From a virus, in the IMG/VR virus record IMGVR_UViG_3300025674_000015: 64,000 bases of DNA; one strand, 5' to 3'. The position numbers and the translations under genes were made by a program. Shown piece by piece: positions 1-9,310 of the stretch (position 1 is the first letter of the stretch; each line of letters opens with the position of its first letter). The notes below the pieces were generated by a model, which had not been told where the DNA came from, searched no databases, and worked only from the letters and a program-made list of their open reading frames with translations.

Positions 1-1
1 T

Positions 2-322
2 TCTCATGTTGTTTTGGATTGCTGGTGGGATAACAATCGCGTTCTTGGAAAGATTGAAGTTTTGAATACTCCCTCTGGAAAGATTCTTAAATCTCTAATC
101 GAAAGTGGAATCAAGCTTGGGATCTCTTCTCGTGGCTTGGGTTCTGTTCGGAAAGAAATGGGAAAGACAATTGTTGAAGACGACTTTCAGCTTATTTGCT
201 TTGACATTGTTCAAGAGCCTAGCACCAACAAAGCTTTCTTAAGCTTAACTGAAAACAAAAAAGTAAAAACCTACTCCAAAGAAGACAAGATCAGTCGAGC
301 TTTGGATGATATTTTGTTATAA
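2..322 (+). CDS. Prohead core protease (T4 gp21-like), 5'-truncated by window edge
   Basis: SH...GKIEVLNTPSGKIL...LGISSRGLGS...FDIVQEPST motifs typical of gp21 proteases; lies upstream of scaffold and capsid genes. Confidence 0.9.
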   Translation, partial: SHVVLDCWWDNNRVLGKIEVLNTPSGKILKSLIESGIKLGISSRGLGSVRKEMGKTIVEDDFQLICFDIVQEPSTNKAFLSLTENKKVKTYSKEDKISRALDDILL

Positions 323-335
323 GGAAACAAAAAAA

Positions 336-638
336 ATGAAAATCTCAAAAAAACGTTTAAAACAAATCATCGCTGAAGAGTTGAATCTCCTAGAAGTGGA
401 AGAGCCAAAGAAGAAAAAACCAAAAAAAGCGGGACCGGTCTCTATTCAAGGGTTGATCGACAACCTTTTTCCGCTCCTCTCCGGAGTCACATTATCTGAC
501 GCAGAAATAAAGATGTTTCATGACCTCATGAAAGCCATGGCACATGCTGGAAACGACCGTGATATCGCTAACGATCCGGGGGTTCAAAGACGGTATGAGA
601 AGTTCATGAGAGTCTTGACAAAAAAAGGTGAAGAATGA
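336..638 (+). CDS. Hypothetical protein, probably head-associated
   Basis: ATG at 336 after AAGGA; N-terminus MKISKKRLKQIIAEE; lies in head module. Confidence 0.6.
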   Translation: MKISKKRLKQIIAEELNLLEVEEPKKKKPKKAGPVSIQGLIDNLFPLLSGVTLSDAEIKMFHDLMKAMAHAGNDRDIANDPGVQRRYEKFMRVLTKKGEE

Positions 639-994
639 AAAAAGAAAAGTTGAAAAAACTGATCAAGCCAATTGTCTCTGAATGCATCACAGAGATTCTA
701 ATCCAAGAAGGTTTGGTTGCACGAGTTCTTTCTGAAGCTAAAAGGGTTGAAACACCAGCGCCTGTTAAGGCAGAAAAGAAAGAAAACAACCAAGAAAAAC
801 TCAAAGCAGCTAGACAAAGAATGTTAGAATCTATTGGAAAAGATGCTTACAATGGTATTGATTTGTTTGAAGGAACTTCTCCTATTCGAGATTCTGGAGG
901 TCATGGCGCTCTCCAAGGTACAGACCCGAACGATGCTGGCGTGGATTTATCTTCTTTGCCCGGTATGAGCAACTGGTCAGATTTGATTAAATAA
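635..994 (+). CDS. Hypothetical protein (head module)
   Basis: ATGA overlap with previous gene; 119 aa. Confidence 0.6.
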   Translation: MKKEKLKKLIKPIVSECITEILIQEGLVARVLSEAKRVETPAPVKAEKKENNQEKLKAARQRMLESIGKDAYNGIDLFEGTSPIRDSGGHGALQGTDPNDAGVDLSSLPGMSNWSDLIK

Positions 995-1007
995 GAAAGG
1001 AAGACAA

Positions 1008-1217
1008 ATGCCCGTCAACGTTGAAGTAAGACCCAAAAGAAATGAATCTTATGAAAGAATGATCAAAAGATTCATGAAGAAAGTTAAGAAAGAAAGGCTT
1101 ATTGAGCAGATCAAAGACAAAATGAGATACACAAAGAAAAGTGATCTTAAAAGAGAAAAAGCTAAAAGAGCCAAGAAAAGAATCGAAAAAGAAAAACGAA
1201 AACAACAAAACAATTGA
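1008..1217 (+). CDS. rpsU: Phage-encoded 30S ribosomal protein bS21 homolog
   Basis: 69 aa basic protein, V-x-V...NESYERMIKRFMKKVKK...RYTKKS.LKR matching the bS21 pattern; position among head genes as in known bS21 phages. Confidence 0.85.
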   Translation: MPVNVEVRPKRNESYERMIKRFMKKVKKERLIEQIKDKMRYTKKSDLKREKAKRAKKRIEKEKRKQQNN

Positions 1218-1236
1218 TTTGTCTTAGGAGATAATA

Positions 1237-1671
1237 ATGGCGATTTATACAACTCCAAATAGTTGGGGTCGAACAAGAAGCCCAAAAAACTTGGCCGGCT
1301 CTCAAGGGGCAGAAGTGGATGTTGTTGCAGTTGGGACATTGACCGATGCAACTGATGGATATAAAACAGAGAATCAAAGATATCTTCATGTAATGTTGGT
1401 CGACAAGCACAACAGCACCAACTTGAGTGTTACGGTTTATGGATACAATCATGCTTTTGGAAAGTGGGCACCTTTAAACACCTTGGGTGTTGAAACCGGT
1501 GTTGACGGTACACCCGTTGTTGTAACCGTCGCAGACTCCCATACTGCTGAAGGTTCGCAGACTGCTAATCAGAGGGAAATGGTGACAGTTGAGATTGCCG
1601 GCGTTGATCGCGTTGCTTTTGTTGGAACAACTGCTGATGTTCGATGCTATGCAGCATGTAGTACATTTTAA
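1237..1671 (+). CDS. Hypothetical, likely virion protein
   Basis: AGGAG SD; beta-rich, T/V/G-rich composition. Confidence 0.55.
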   Translation: MAIYTTPNSWGRTRSPKNLAGSQGAEVDVVAVGTLTDATDGYKTENQRYLHVMLVDKHNSTNLSVTVYGYNHAFGKWAPLNTLGVETGVDGTPVVVTVADSHTAEGSQTANQREMVTVEIAGVDRVAFVGTTADVRCYAACSTF

Positions 1672-1685
1672 CAAAGGAAAGTGAA

Positions 1686-2429
1686 ATGCCTTTTGTTTTT
1701 ATAGGAAAAACTCAAACAGTTGATGGTGGAGACGGAGCAATTCAATTCCAAGGATCTACCACAACCCTCTCCGGGAATCAAAGTTTCAGAACAAATGAAA
1801 CATCTGTTATTGTTAATAATAAACATCTTTCCTTGGACGGTGTTGTTGGAGAACTTGAAACTCCGGCAACTCTTTATTTTTATTCTGGTGTTGAAGGTGG
1901 AGATAATATTCAAGTAGATGGAAATGGATTTCAAATTAACTCTTCTACTTCTGCTTATCTTAACGGCTCTACTATTGGAGAGATCTCTGCCCAAGAAGTT
2001 GGCCTTTCTGGTTCCAATTCCGTTGCTCTACATTCGGATTCGGGCTTGGTTCATGTTAGTGCTTCCTCTGGTGTGCAGGTCACGGGCTCTTTGAAGGTTG
2101 TTGGTAAATTAACGACTACTTCTGGCCATATTCAAAACTATAGAGCGGCTGAAACAACTTCGATCACTGTGGAAACAACCGATCATATTTTAGGTGTCAA
2201 GCCAACAACAGCAGGTGGAGAAGTAACAGTTAATCTTCCTGCTGCTGCTGATGCCGGCGCAGGTTATGTTCTTTTAATCAAAGATGTTGAAGGTGGAGCG
2301 GGGACCAATAATATTGTCGTTGACGCTTCTGAATTGGAAACAATTGATGGCTCTGCTACTTTTACTATTGGAACAAACTATGCAGCAGCTAACTTTTTCA
2401 CTGATGGTTCTAATTGGTTTGTTTATTAA
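1686..2429 (+). CDS. Putative virion fibre/decoration protein
   Basis: G/S/T-rich; C-terminal TVNLPAA...LLIKD...NNIVV...ETIDG...DGSNWF domain common in phage structural proteins. Confidence 0.6.
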   Translation: MPFVFIGKTQTVDGGDGAIQFQGSTTTLSGNQSFRTNETSVIVNNKHLSLDGVVGELETPATLYFYSGVEGGDNIQVDGNGFQINSSTSAYLNGSTIGEISAQEVGLSGSNSVALHSDSGLVHVSASSGVQVTGSLKVVGKLTTTSGHIQNYRAAETTSITVETTDHILGVKPTTAGGEVTVNLPAAADAGAGYVLLIKDVEGGAGTNNIVVDASELETIDGSATFTIGTNYAAANFFTDGSNWFVY

Positions 2430-2444
2430 TAAAGGATTAAAGAA

Positions 2445-3203
2445 ATGGCTTATTTGATAGGCGGTGGTGGAACATCACTCCCAGAATCTACAACAGGAGT
2501 TTTTGATGTTTTGGTCCCTAACTTAACTGGCGGCTGGCAAAGATTTAATAGAAAAATTGGGTATACTGATTATAACGCTGATGAATGGACCACGGTAGAG
2601 ACGATTGATGCATCCAGTACAGCAACAGTTACTCAAACTGGAAATACTATAGTTTTACAAATTGCTTCTCCATCTTCTGCGACTTCGCAAAATTTGGAAA
2701 TTAAAAAAACCATAGAAGCTCCAAACTTTGTAGTTTTTGGTCATATTAAAACATCTGCAAATAACGTTGGATATCATTTTGGTGGAAAGCCATTCGCCGG
2801 CGATACACAAACTAGAGATCTTTTTTATCAAGCAGCATCAACAGCAACAGGGGTCAACGTTGCAACTAAACGCAACGCTTCCGAGTCATACCCCTCTTTA
2901 GGGACAACAACAAAAACAACAGGCAACTGGGTTGCTTTTTCAAAGTCCGGGGACGCAATGGGGATGTCTGTTAATGGCACCCTTTCGACATCTGAAAGCC
3001 CTCAACTTACATTGGAAGACTTCACAAACTTTACCAGAACAAATATTAATTACAATACCACATCTTACCAGTACCGTGCCGGAACTACAGGTCAATATGA
3101 TTCTCTAACGCAGAAGTATGTAATTACAATAAATCTAACCACTCCGGCAGCTACCGGAACTTATAGTGTTACAGTTAGTTATTTAGAGCAATTCTTGTTA
3201 TAA
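2445..3203 (+). CDS. Putative virion protein (beta-sandwich-like)
   Basis: SD present; T/S-rich 252 aa; head module. Confidence 0.5.
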   Translation: MAYLIGGGGTSLPESTTGVFDVLVPNLTGGWQRFNRKIGYTDYNADEWTTVETIDASSTATVTQTGNTIVLQIASPSSATSQNLEIKKTIEAPNFVVFGHIKTSANNVGYHFGGKPFAGDTQTRDLFYQAASTATGVNVATKRNASESYPSLGTTTKTTGNWVAFSKSGDAMGMSVNGTLSTSESPQLTLEDFTNFTRTNINYNTTSYQYRAGTTGQYDSLTQKYVITINLTTPAATGTYSVTVSYLEQFLL

Positions 3204-3215
3204 AAAGGAAATAAA

Positions 3216-3449
3216 ATGAGTCACCAAAAAGGATACGTTGTCGTAGATTCTGGAACAAATGCTTTGTTGTCCGGTCAGATGAATATAATGTCACAGGAAG
3301 AAGCTAATCGCTTTGTACAAAGCTTAACGGGTTCCGCTTCCGCAGTTGAATTGGTTGGGCTTTCAGAGCCATGGAACCCAACGGCAGACCCTGCTCAAGT
3401 CTGGGTTTATGACCCTGCTACAAAGCTTTTAAATATTGAAACACCTTAA
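3216..3449 (+). CDS. Hypothetical protein
   Basis: AAGGA SD; 77 aa. Confidence 0.5.
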   Translation: MSHQKGYVVVDSGTNALLSGQMNIMSQEEANRFVQSLTGSASAVELVGLSEPWNPTADPAQVWVYDPATKLLNIETP

Positions 3450-3474
3450 CGTGTGGTGTTTATTAGAAATAACA

Positions 3475-3482
3475 ACTATTTA
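3475..3482 (+). promoter_or_regulatory. Putative late promoter ACTATTTA
   Basis: Motif recurs upstream of about ten late/structural genes. Confidence 0.65.
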
Positions 3483-3516
3483 TTTATAAAATTTAAGTTA
3501 ACTAGGAGTATAAAAC

Positions 3517-4635
3517 ATGTCTTCTATGCTAGAGCAAGCTATTATCGATGCAGAAGCATTAAGAGAAACAGCAATCAAAAATGCTGAACAACAATTAATT
3601 GAGCAATATGCAGATCAGATCAAAGAAGCTGTTGACTCCATGTTGGAACAAGACGACCCCATGGGAGAGGATAATCCCGAAAAAACCCCTGAAGAATCTA
3701 ATCAGGCCGGAAACGTGCAGGGACTTCCTTCTGCTACTTTGCAAGACCCGGATGAAGAAGACGAAGAAGCTATTGAGCTTGAAGTTACCATGCCAAAAGA
3801 CCCTGAGTCTTTATTGGATTTAAAAGATAAAAAAGGCCCTTCTAGTCTCCAAGAGTTTGTTTCTATTGATTTAGATCTTCTTGAAGAGCAAATCAATCTT
3901 TTAGAAAAAGACTGCGCTAGTGGACATTCCAAATTGGAAGAAGAAGAGCCGGATGTTATCTTGGAAGACGATCTTGAAGAAGAAATTGAAATTGATGAAG
4001 AACTTGATATTCTTGAAGAAGAAGAATTCGAGATTGAAGATGGCGAAGACGATGAACTGGAACTGGAAGATGATGAAGAACTTTCTGCTCTTTTGGAAGA
4101 GCTTATTTTCGATGATGAAGAAGTCCCCCATGGCCATCTTGGCGCGCCAACTCCAAGAGAATATGAAGAAGAAGATGACAAAGATAAGATCAGAGAATTA
4201 GCTGATTCCTTGGAAGATGAAAACCAAGATCTTAAAGAGCAAAATTACAGAAGAAAACAATCCTTGAAGAAACTTCAAGCAGATTTACATGAGCAGCAAA
4301 AAGTTAACGCTGCTCTTAAAGAACATTTAAACAATGTAAATGTTTCAAATGCAAAATTGTTGTACACGAATAAAGTTTTGAGTAGCACCTCCCTGAATGA
4401 GCGACAAAAAGTTAAAATTGTCGAAGCCATTTCAAAAACTGATTCCGTACAAGAAGCGAAGGTTATTTACGAAACCCTTCAAAGCTCAGTGGGTTCGCAA
4501 GAGAAAAAGCAACCAAAATCACTTAGCGAAGCAGTATCTAGAAAACCTTCCCTGTTCTTGGCAAGAACCCAAGAACGAAAGCAGCCTGCCCATCCTGAAA
4601 CTAACAGGTGGAAAAAACTGGCTGGAATTAATTAA
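3517..4635 (+). CDS. Prohead scaffolding/core protein
   Basis: Very acidic coiled-coil protein directly upstream of the MCP; many L-x-E sites; C-terminal RWKKLAGI. Confidence 0.8.
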   Translation: MSSMLEQAIIDAEALRETAIKNAEQQLIEQYADQIKEAVDSMLEQDDPMGEDNPEKTPEESNQAGNVQGLPSATLQDPDEEDEEAIELEVTMPKDPESLLDLKDKKGPSSLQEFVSIDLDLLEEQINLLEKDCASGHSKLEEEEPDVILEDDLEEEIEIDEELDILEEEEFEIEDGEDDELELEDDEELSALLEELIFDDEEVPHGHLGAPTPREYEEEDDKDKIRELADSLEDENQDLKEQNYRRKQSLKKLQADLHEQQKVNAALKEHLNNVNVSNAKLLYTNKVLSSTSLNERQKVKIVEAISKTDSVQEAKVIYETLQSSVGSQEKKQPKSLSEAVSRKPSLFLARTQERKQPAHPETNRWKKLAGIN

Positions 4636-4657
4636 CTTTTAAAGGAGAAAAGAAAAA

Positions 4658-6505
4658 ATGTCTATTCTGAAAACTTTGACTGAAGGCATTGTCGAACGTG
4701 ATCTCCAAAAAGAAGGTGCTGCTCTCTTGAACAAATGGGAGCGCACTGGTCTTTTGGAAGGTCTCGAAAAAGATTCCCAGCGACAGGGAATGGCTCGCCT
4801 TCTCGAAAACCAAGCAAAACAGCTTTTGAAAGAAGCTTCCTCCATGGCCGGTGGCGATGTTGAAGGTTTCTCTGCTGTTGCTTTCCCGATTGTCCGTCGC
4901 GTGTTTGCTTCTTTGATTGCAAACGACCTTGTTTCCGTTCAGCCCATGAGCCTCCCCTCTGGACTGATCTTCTTCTTGGATTTTAAATACGAAGATCCCC
5001 AAGCTGCCGGCTCGCGAAATGGTGTCGACGAAGGCGATTCCCTGTATGGTGGTGGAGTTGTGGCTAGCCAAATCACTGGTGGTGTTTCCGACATCACTGA
5101 AGAAGGTGGTGGTTTCTACAACTTGGCCAACGCATTTTCTTCGCCCACTGGTTCTCTTGGGCTTACGGATGGCGGCGCAACGACTGCCGCTGCCATTTCG
5201 AATGATCACGTTTCGGACGCGCTAAACGGTAGTGATACTGTTTTGACTTCCGCTGGTGTTGCTATTAGCGCACTTTCGGAAGCGCAGAAGAAAGCTATCC
5301 GATTTGATCCGGATGTTTTGGCTTCGACTTCTACTGATATTATTAGCCTTGTTGTTGTTAAGCTTACGACTGCAAACATGGCAAAAATCAACAAAGATAT
5401 GCTGCCTTCCCTTGAGATTTATGCAGGCACGACCGCGCCCAATACCTTTGGTGGTGGTAATGCTCGCGTCATTCGTCGCCTTACGGAACTGGGCTATCGC
5501 GGCACCGATGGTGTTTTGAATGCCAGTTCAAAAGCGCAGCACATCTCTTTCTATGTTCAAGCCGACACCGGCGCTTCGATCGCACTCCAAGCTAGTCCTC
5601 GACTTCACTTCGCTCAAGTTGATGCATTTGAGAGTAGCAATGCTCTCGGTTCTGTCCGTGGCGCTGATACTTGGGGTCTTGAAGGCGCGGCTGACGCCAA
5701 CACTAGTTTTGATGGCGTGAATCGCGGCTCTATCCCCGAAATCGACATTAAAGTTGATTCGATTGCTGTGACTGCAATCACCAAAAAGCTGAAAGCAAAA
5801 TGGTCTCCGGAGCTTGGTCAAGACCTCAACGCATACCATAACTTGGATGCAGAAGTTGAACTTACCTCGATTCTTTCCGAGCAGATTGCTCTGGAAATCG
5901 ACCGCGAGCTTTTGAACGACCTGATCAAAGGCGCAACTGCTGGTACTTACTACTGGTCGCGTTCTCCCGGTCTGTTTGTGAAGCGTGACACCGGCGTTGA
6001 GCTTGGTGCAGCCTCTGCTGCTCCCGACTTCACCGGTACTGTTTCCGAGTGGTACGAGACTCTGCTTGAGACCGTCAATGACGTGTCCGCTCAGATTCAC
6101 CGTAAAACTCTCCGAGGTGGAGCAAACTTCCTTGTTACTTCTCCCGAAGTTGCAAACATCATGGAATTCACCTCTGGCTTCCGTGCTTCCGTGACTGCTG
6201 ATGTTGACCGTGGTACTGCTGGTGCTTTCAAAACCGGTACCATCAGCAAGAAGTTCGACGTTTACGTTGATCCTTACTTCCCCCGTAACCTGATCCTTGT
6301 TGGTCGCAAAGGAAACAACTTCCTTGAGTCTGGTTACGTTTACGCTCCTTACGTGCCACTGCAAGTCACTCCCACCATCTTTGGTGTTGAAGACTTCGTG
6401 CCGCGCAAGGGTGTCATGACCCGATACGCCAAGAAGATGGTTCGTCCTGATTACTATGGTCTCGTCGTGGTGCGCGGACTCTTGGGTGAAGAAGGCGGTA
6501 GCTGA
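4658..6505 (+). CDS. Major capsid protein (T4 gp23-like), with a large central insertion
   Basis: LLENQ, FPIVRRVF..LIANDLVSVQPMSLPSGLIF, KLKAKWSPELGQDL.AYH, EIDRE, YAPYVPL, GVMTRYA motifs. Confidence 0.97.
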   Translation: MSILKTLTEGIVERDLQKEGAALLNKWERTGLLEGLEKDSQRQGMARLLENQAKQLLKEASSMAGGDVEGFSAVAFPIVRRVFASLIANDLVSVQPMSLPSGLIFFLDFKYEDPQAAGSRNGVDEGDSLYGGGVVASQITGGVSDITEEGGGFYNLANAFSSPTGSLGLTDGGATTAAAISNDHVSDALNGSDTVLTSAGVAISALSEAQKKAIRFDPDVLASTSTDIISLVVVKLTTANMAKINKDMLPSLEIYAGTTAPNTFGGGNARVIRRLTELGYRGTDGVLNASSKAQHISFYVQADTGASIALQASPRLHFAQVDAFESSNALGSVRGADTWGLEGAADANTSFDGVNRGSIPEIDIKVDSIAVTAITKKLKAKWSPELGQDLNAYHNLDAEVELTSILSEQIALEIDRELLNDLIKGATAGTYYWSRSPGLFVKRDTGVELGAASAAPDFTGTVSEWYETLLETVNDVSAQIHRKTLRGGANFLVTSPEVANIMEFTSGFRASVTADVDRGTAGAFKTGTISKKFDVYVDPYFPRNLILVGRKGNNFLESGYVYAPYVPLQVTPTIFGVEDFVPRKGVMTRYAKKMVRPDYYGLVVVRGLLGEEGGS

Positions 6506-6537
6506 TAATAATCACCTGATTGTTTTATAATTTTATG

Positions 6538-6568
6538 AGCCCACTTAGAATTCTAAGTGGGCTTTTTT
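6538..6568 (+). terminator. Rho-independent terminator after MCP
   Basis: Palindrome AGCCCACTTAGAATTCTAAGTGGGCT followed by T-tract. Confidence 0.85.
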
Positions 6569-6579
6569 ATTATTAGTCA

Positions 6580-6587
6580 ACTAATTA
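6580..6587 (+). promoter_or_regulatory. Putative late promoter ACTAATTA
   Basis: Variant of recurring motif, immediately after the terminator. Confidence 0.55.
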
Positions 6588-6591
6588 AAGT

Positions 6592-6682
6592 TAACTTGTG
6601 ATTGTTCTCCTAGGTTGAGGCCACTAACCTTTGAAGGAGCATGCTCGAAGTGGCTGGGCATGTTTCGTGAAAACTCAAGTTA
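6592..6682 (+). ncRNA. Candidate structured RNA (three-way junction with kissing loops) in 5' leader
   Basis: P1 6592-6598/6676-6682; P2 6612-6616/6626-6630; P3 6636-6646/6656-6666; loops GGCCACT and AGTGGCT are complementary. Confidence 0.6.
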
Positions 6683-6713
6683 TCGATAATTTATTTTTAA
6701 AGGAGAAACTAAA

Positions 6714-7604
6714 ATGGGTAATCGAAGATTAGGAACAAAAAGATTAGAATCTGTTTTGGACAACATGCTTTCTCATTCTACTTTGAATGGTTTGAATGGT
6801 AGTCCTTTTAGTATTAGAAATCCGGATAGAATTTATCTGGAAGAGTTTTTTAAACGACGACCCTCGCTTAACGCCGATCTTACAAACGCGACAGAGGCCA
6901 CTCGAATGGTTGCAAACCCGGACTGGGAATTACTTGGCAGCTCTGGGGGCGGTGCAGTTGCTACTGGCGATGCTACATTTGACGGACCTACCGGTCTTCT
7001 CAAATTAAATCTCGATGCAACCGATCAAGATGCGGTAACTTTGTTTCCTCACCAAGACTCAAACCAAAGTAAATGGGCCGTGGCTGGCATGTGGGGCTCT
7101 GAAAACCAAGTAGAATTTGAATGCTTGATTAGAACCGGGGACAATATCGCAACGCAAACTATCTTTGCAGGATTAAAACTCGCAGATGATTCTGGGAATA
7201 ATTATGCATATGCAACTGACTCTGATCAAGTTTGTTTTTGGTATTCCACCGATGATACCGAGGGTGCGTTTACTACAAATGCCAACCTGCATTGTATTGT
7301 TAGTTCCGGTGGTGACGATTATATTTCTGACTTGGGAATTGAATTAGCTAGTGATACGAATTATCGCTTGGGAATTACCTTTGATGCCCAGAGAAGACCT
7401 TCTGCATGGGTTAATGGTGTACAATACAGCTTGACGTCTGCCACGACAGCTGGAGGGGTAACAACCGGCGTTGGTACTGTTAAAGGCCCCGCGCTAGCAG
7501 ACGATAAAGATCTTTTCCCTACGGCTGGGATCGTTGCTCGTGATGCAGCCGCAAGACATATGTATGTGGGATACTTTAAGTGTTCTAGAATTGTTTTTGA
7601 ATAA
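6714..7604 (+). CDS. Putative virion structural/decoration protein (beta-rich)
   Basis: Follows MCP; strong SD; G/T/D-rich. Confidence 0.55.
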   Translation: MGNRRLGTKRLESVLDNMLSHSTLNGLNGSPFSIRNPDRIYLEEFFKRRPSLNADLTNATEATRMVANPDWELLGSSGGGAVATGDATFDGPTGLLKLNLDATDQDAVTLFPHQDSNQSKWAVAGMWGSENQVEFECLIRTGDNIATQTIFAGLKLADDSGNNYAYATDSDQVCFWYSTDDTEGAFTTNANLHCIVSSGGDDYISDLGIELASDTNYRLGITFDAQRRPSAWVNGVQYSLTSATTAGGVTTGVGTVKGPALADDKDLFPTAGIVARDAAARHMYVGYFKCSRIVFE

Positions 7605-7637
7605 TATTCAAAATTGAAATAAAAAGGAGAGTTTGTA

Positions 7638-7946
7638 ATGGGCAAGAATAGGAGAGAGGCGGAAAAGAAAAGACAAGAAGAGTCTAGAAGAAGACTTCTT
7701 GAGGAAAGACTAGCCGCAAAAAAAGCCGAGGATGAGCAGCCAAAGGTTGTTATCGTCGATGAAAAGCCAAAAACTGAAGAGTTAAAAGTTGAAGTCGAGC
7801 TTGAAGATAAAAAAGGTTGTGATGACTGTGGAGATTGTGAAGATTGCGATCAGAAAAGTCAAAAACCTTCTCCGAAGCCCAAAACAAACTCTAAAAAAAG
7901 AACCACAAGAAAGAAAGCAGCCCCTAAGAAAACTTCAAAAGAATGA
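7638..7946 (+). CDS. Hypothetical charged protein with CxxCxxCxxC and K-rich tail
   Basis: SD AAGGAG; CDDCGDCEDC. Confidence 0.55.
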   Translation: MGKNRREAEKKRQEESRRRLLEERLAAKKAEDEQPKVVIVDEKPKTEELKVEVELEDKKGCDDCGDCEDCDQKSQKPSPKPKTNSKKRTTRKKAAPKKTSKE

Positions 7947-7958
7947 AACGCATAACCA

Positions 7959-8002
7959 TAGCCTCCTTACTAGTTATAGTAAATTGATTTAAAAGGAGGC
8001 TA
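7959..8002 (+). promoter_or_regulatory. SD-sequestering hairpin with late promoter (ACTAGTTA 7969-7976) in loop
   Basis: Perfect 10-bp inverted repeat TAGCCTCCTT / AAGGAGGCTA covering the RBS of 8009. Confidence 0.7.
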
Positions 8003-8008
8003 AGTTTC

Positions 8009-9298
8009 ATGGCCATTCCAACATTAACACCAGCCAGTGTCTCAAGTAAATCTATCCTTCCAGCTACAGGATCTCCCGGAGATGTAACTGAAGCTAATTT
8101 GCCTTTTGGAATTTATGCAAAAGATGGAAAATTAGCTAGCACCGATTTCATGTCCGGAGCGGCAGAACAAGTTGCATACACATATAGAAAGCTTGGAGGA
8201 GACGTTTTAGATATTGAATTGGCAGCACAACAAGTTTATGCTGCTTATGAAGAATCTGTCTTAGAATACTCTTACATTATAAACCTACACCAATCTAAAA
8301 ACGCCGTATCAAGCCTTTTAAGCAACACAACGGGCACATTTGACCACAAGGGTGAGTTGGTCACCGGAGACGCCTTGTCGAGCTCCCTAGGGGACGGGAA
8401 CGTTGCCTTAAAGTATCCTCGGTTTGAGTATGGATACTCTAGAAGGGTAGCACATGGGGTTTCCAGTGAACAAATGATGGGAGACCACAAAACAATCTAT
8501 TCAGCTTCCATTGCAGTTACCGGTGGAGTTCAAGATTATGACCTCCAAGACATTGCAGAACGCGCTGTTGGTAATGTTTCACCGGTCGCCATTCCAAGTT
8601 TGAACAACAAAAAGATCACAGTTCGAAGAGTTTATTATATCTCTCCAAGAGCTATCTGGAGATTTTATGGTTACTATGGCGGCTTGGGTGTTGTTGGAAA
8701 CTTGACAACATACGGTCAATATTCAGACGATTCAACGTTCCAGATCGTTCCTGTTTGGCACAACAAAGCTCAAGCAGCAGCTTTTGAGGATGCAATGAGA
8801 ACAAGAACGTCTCATTATTCTTATGAACTAAGAAACAATAGGATCAGGCTGTTTCCAGTTCCAGACAACTTCGGCCCAGACAATGTTTGGTTTGAGTTTC
8901 ACGTCTCAGATAACGCATGGGAAGAGACATCCGATAGAAAATATGGCGCAGATGGAGTTAACAATTTGAATACACTTCCATTTGCCAATATTAGATATGA
9001 AAATATCAACTCTATTGGTAAGCAGTGGATTCGAAGATATGCTTTGGCTTTGACGAAAGAAATGCTTGGTCACATTCGAGGTAAGTTTGGAGCTATTCCA
9101 CTTCCCGGAGATCAAGTTACTTTGAACGCGGCAGAGCTTTTGTCTTCATCAAAAGAAGAAATGACAAAACTAAAAGAAGAACTAAACAAGATCTTGGATG
9201 AAACAACTTATGACAAGCTGATTGAAAAAGAAGCTGCCATGTCTGAGAACACTACAAAATTGTTTGATGACATTCCAGTTGGAATCTTCATGGGCTAA
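8009..9298 (+). CDS. Neck/head-tail adaptor protein (gp13-like)
   Basis: RKLG..VLDIEL and WIRRYALAL.KEMLG.IRGKF..IPLPG..VTLN motifs; synteny. Confidence 0.8.
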   Translation: MAIPTLTPASVSSKSILPATGSPGDVTEANLPFGIYAKDGKLASTDFMSGAAEQVAYTYRKLGGDVLDIELAAQQVYAAYEESVLEYSYIINLHQSKNAVSSLLSNTTGTFDHKGELVTGDALSSSLGDGNVALKYPRFEYGYSRRVAHGVSSEQMMGDHKTIYSASIAVTGGVQDYDLQDIAERAVGNVSPVAIPSLNNKKITVRRVYYISPRAIWRFYGYYGGLGVVGNLTTYGQYSDDSTFQIVPVWHNKAQAAAFEDAMRTRTSHYSYELRNNRIRLFPVPDNFGPDNVWFEFHVSDNAWEETSDRKYGADGVNNLNTLPFANIRYENINSIGKQWIRRYALALTKEMLGHIRGKFGAIPLPGDQVTLNAAELLSSSKEEMTKLKEELNKILDETTYDKLIEKEAAMSENTTKLFDDIPVGIFMG

Positions 9299-9310
9299 GG
9301 AGTTTAAACA

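Noticed and set aside
5528-6364. Long minus-strand ORFs (also 26529-27380, 35193-35897, 38456-39337, 53563-54249)
   Set aside because: They are antisense shadows of strongly codon-biased + strand genes, with no recognisable motifs.
6592-6682. Hammerhead ribozyme or purine riboswitch identity for the leader RNA
   Set aside because: Junctions read TTGAAGG and GTGAAA rather than a properly placed CUGAnGA/GAAA core, and purine-riboswitch junction nucleotides are absent.
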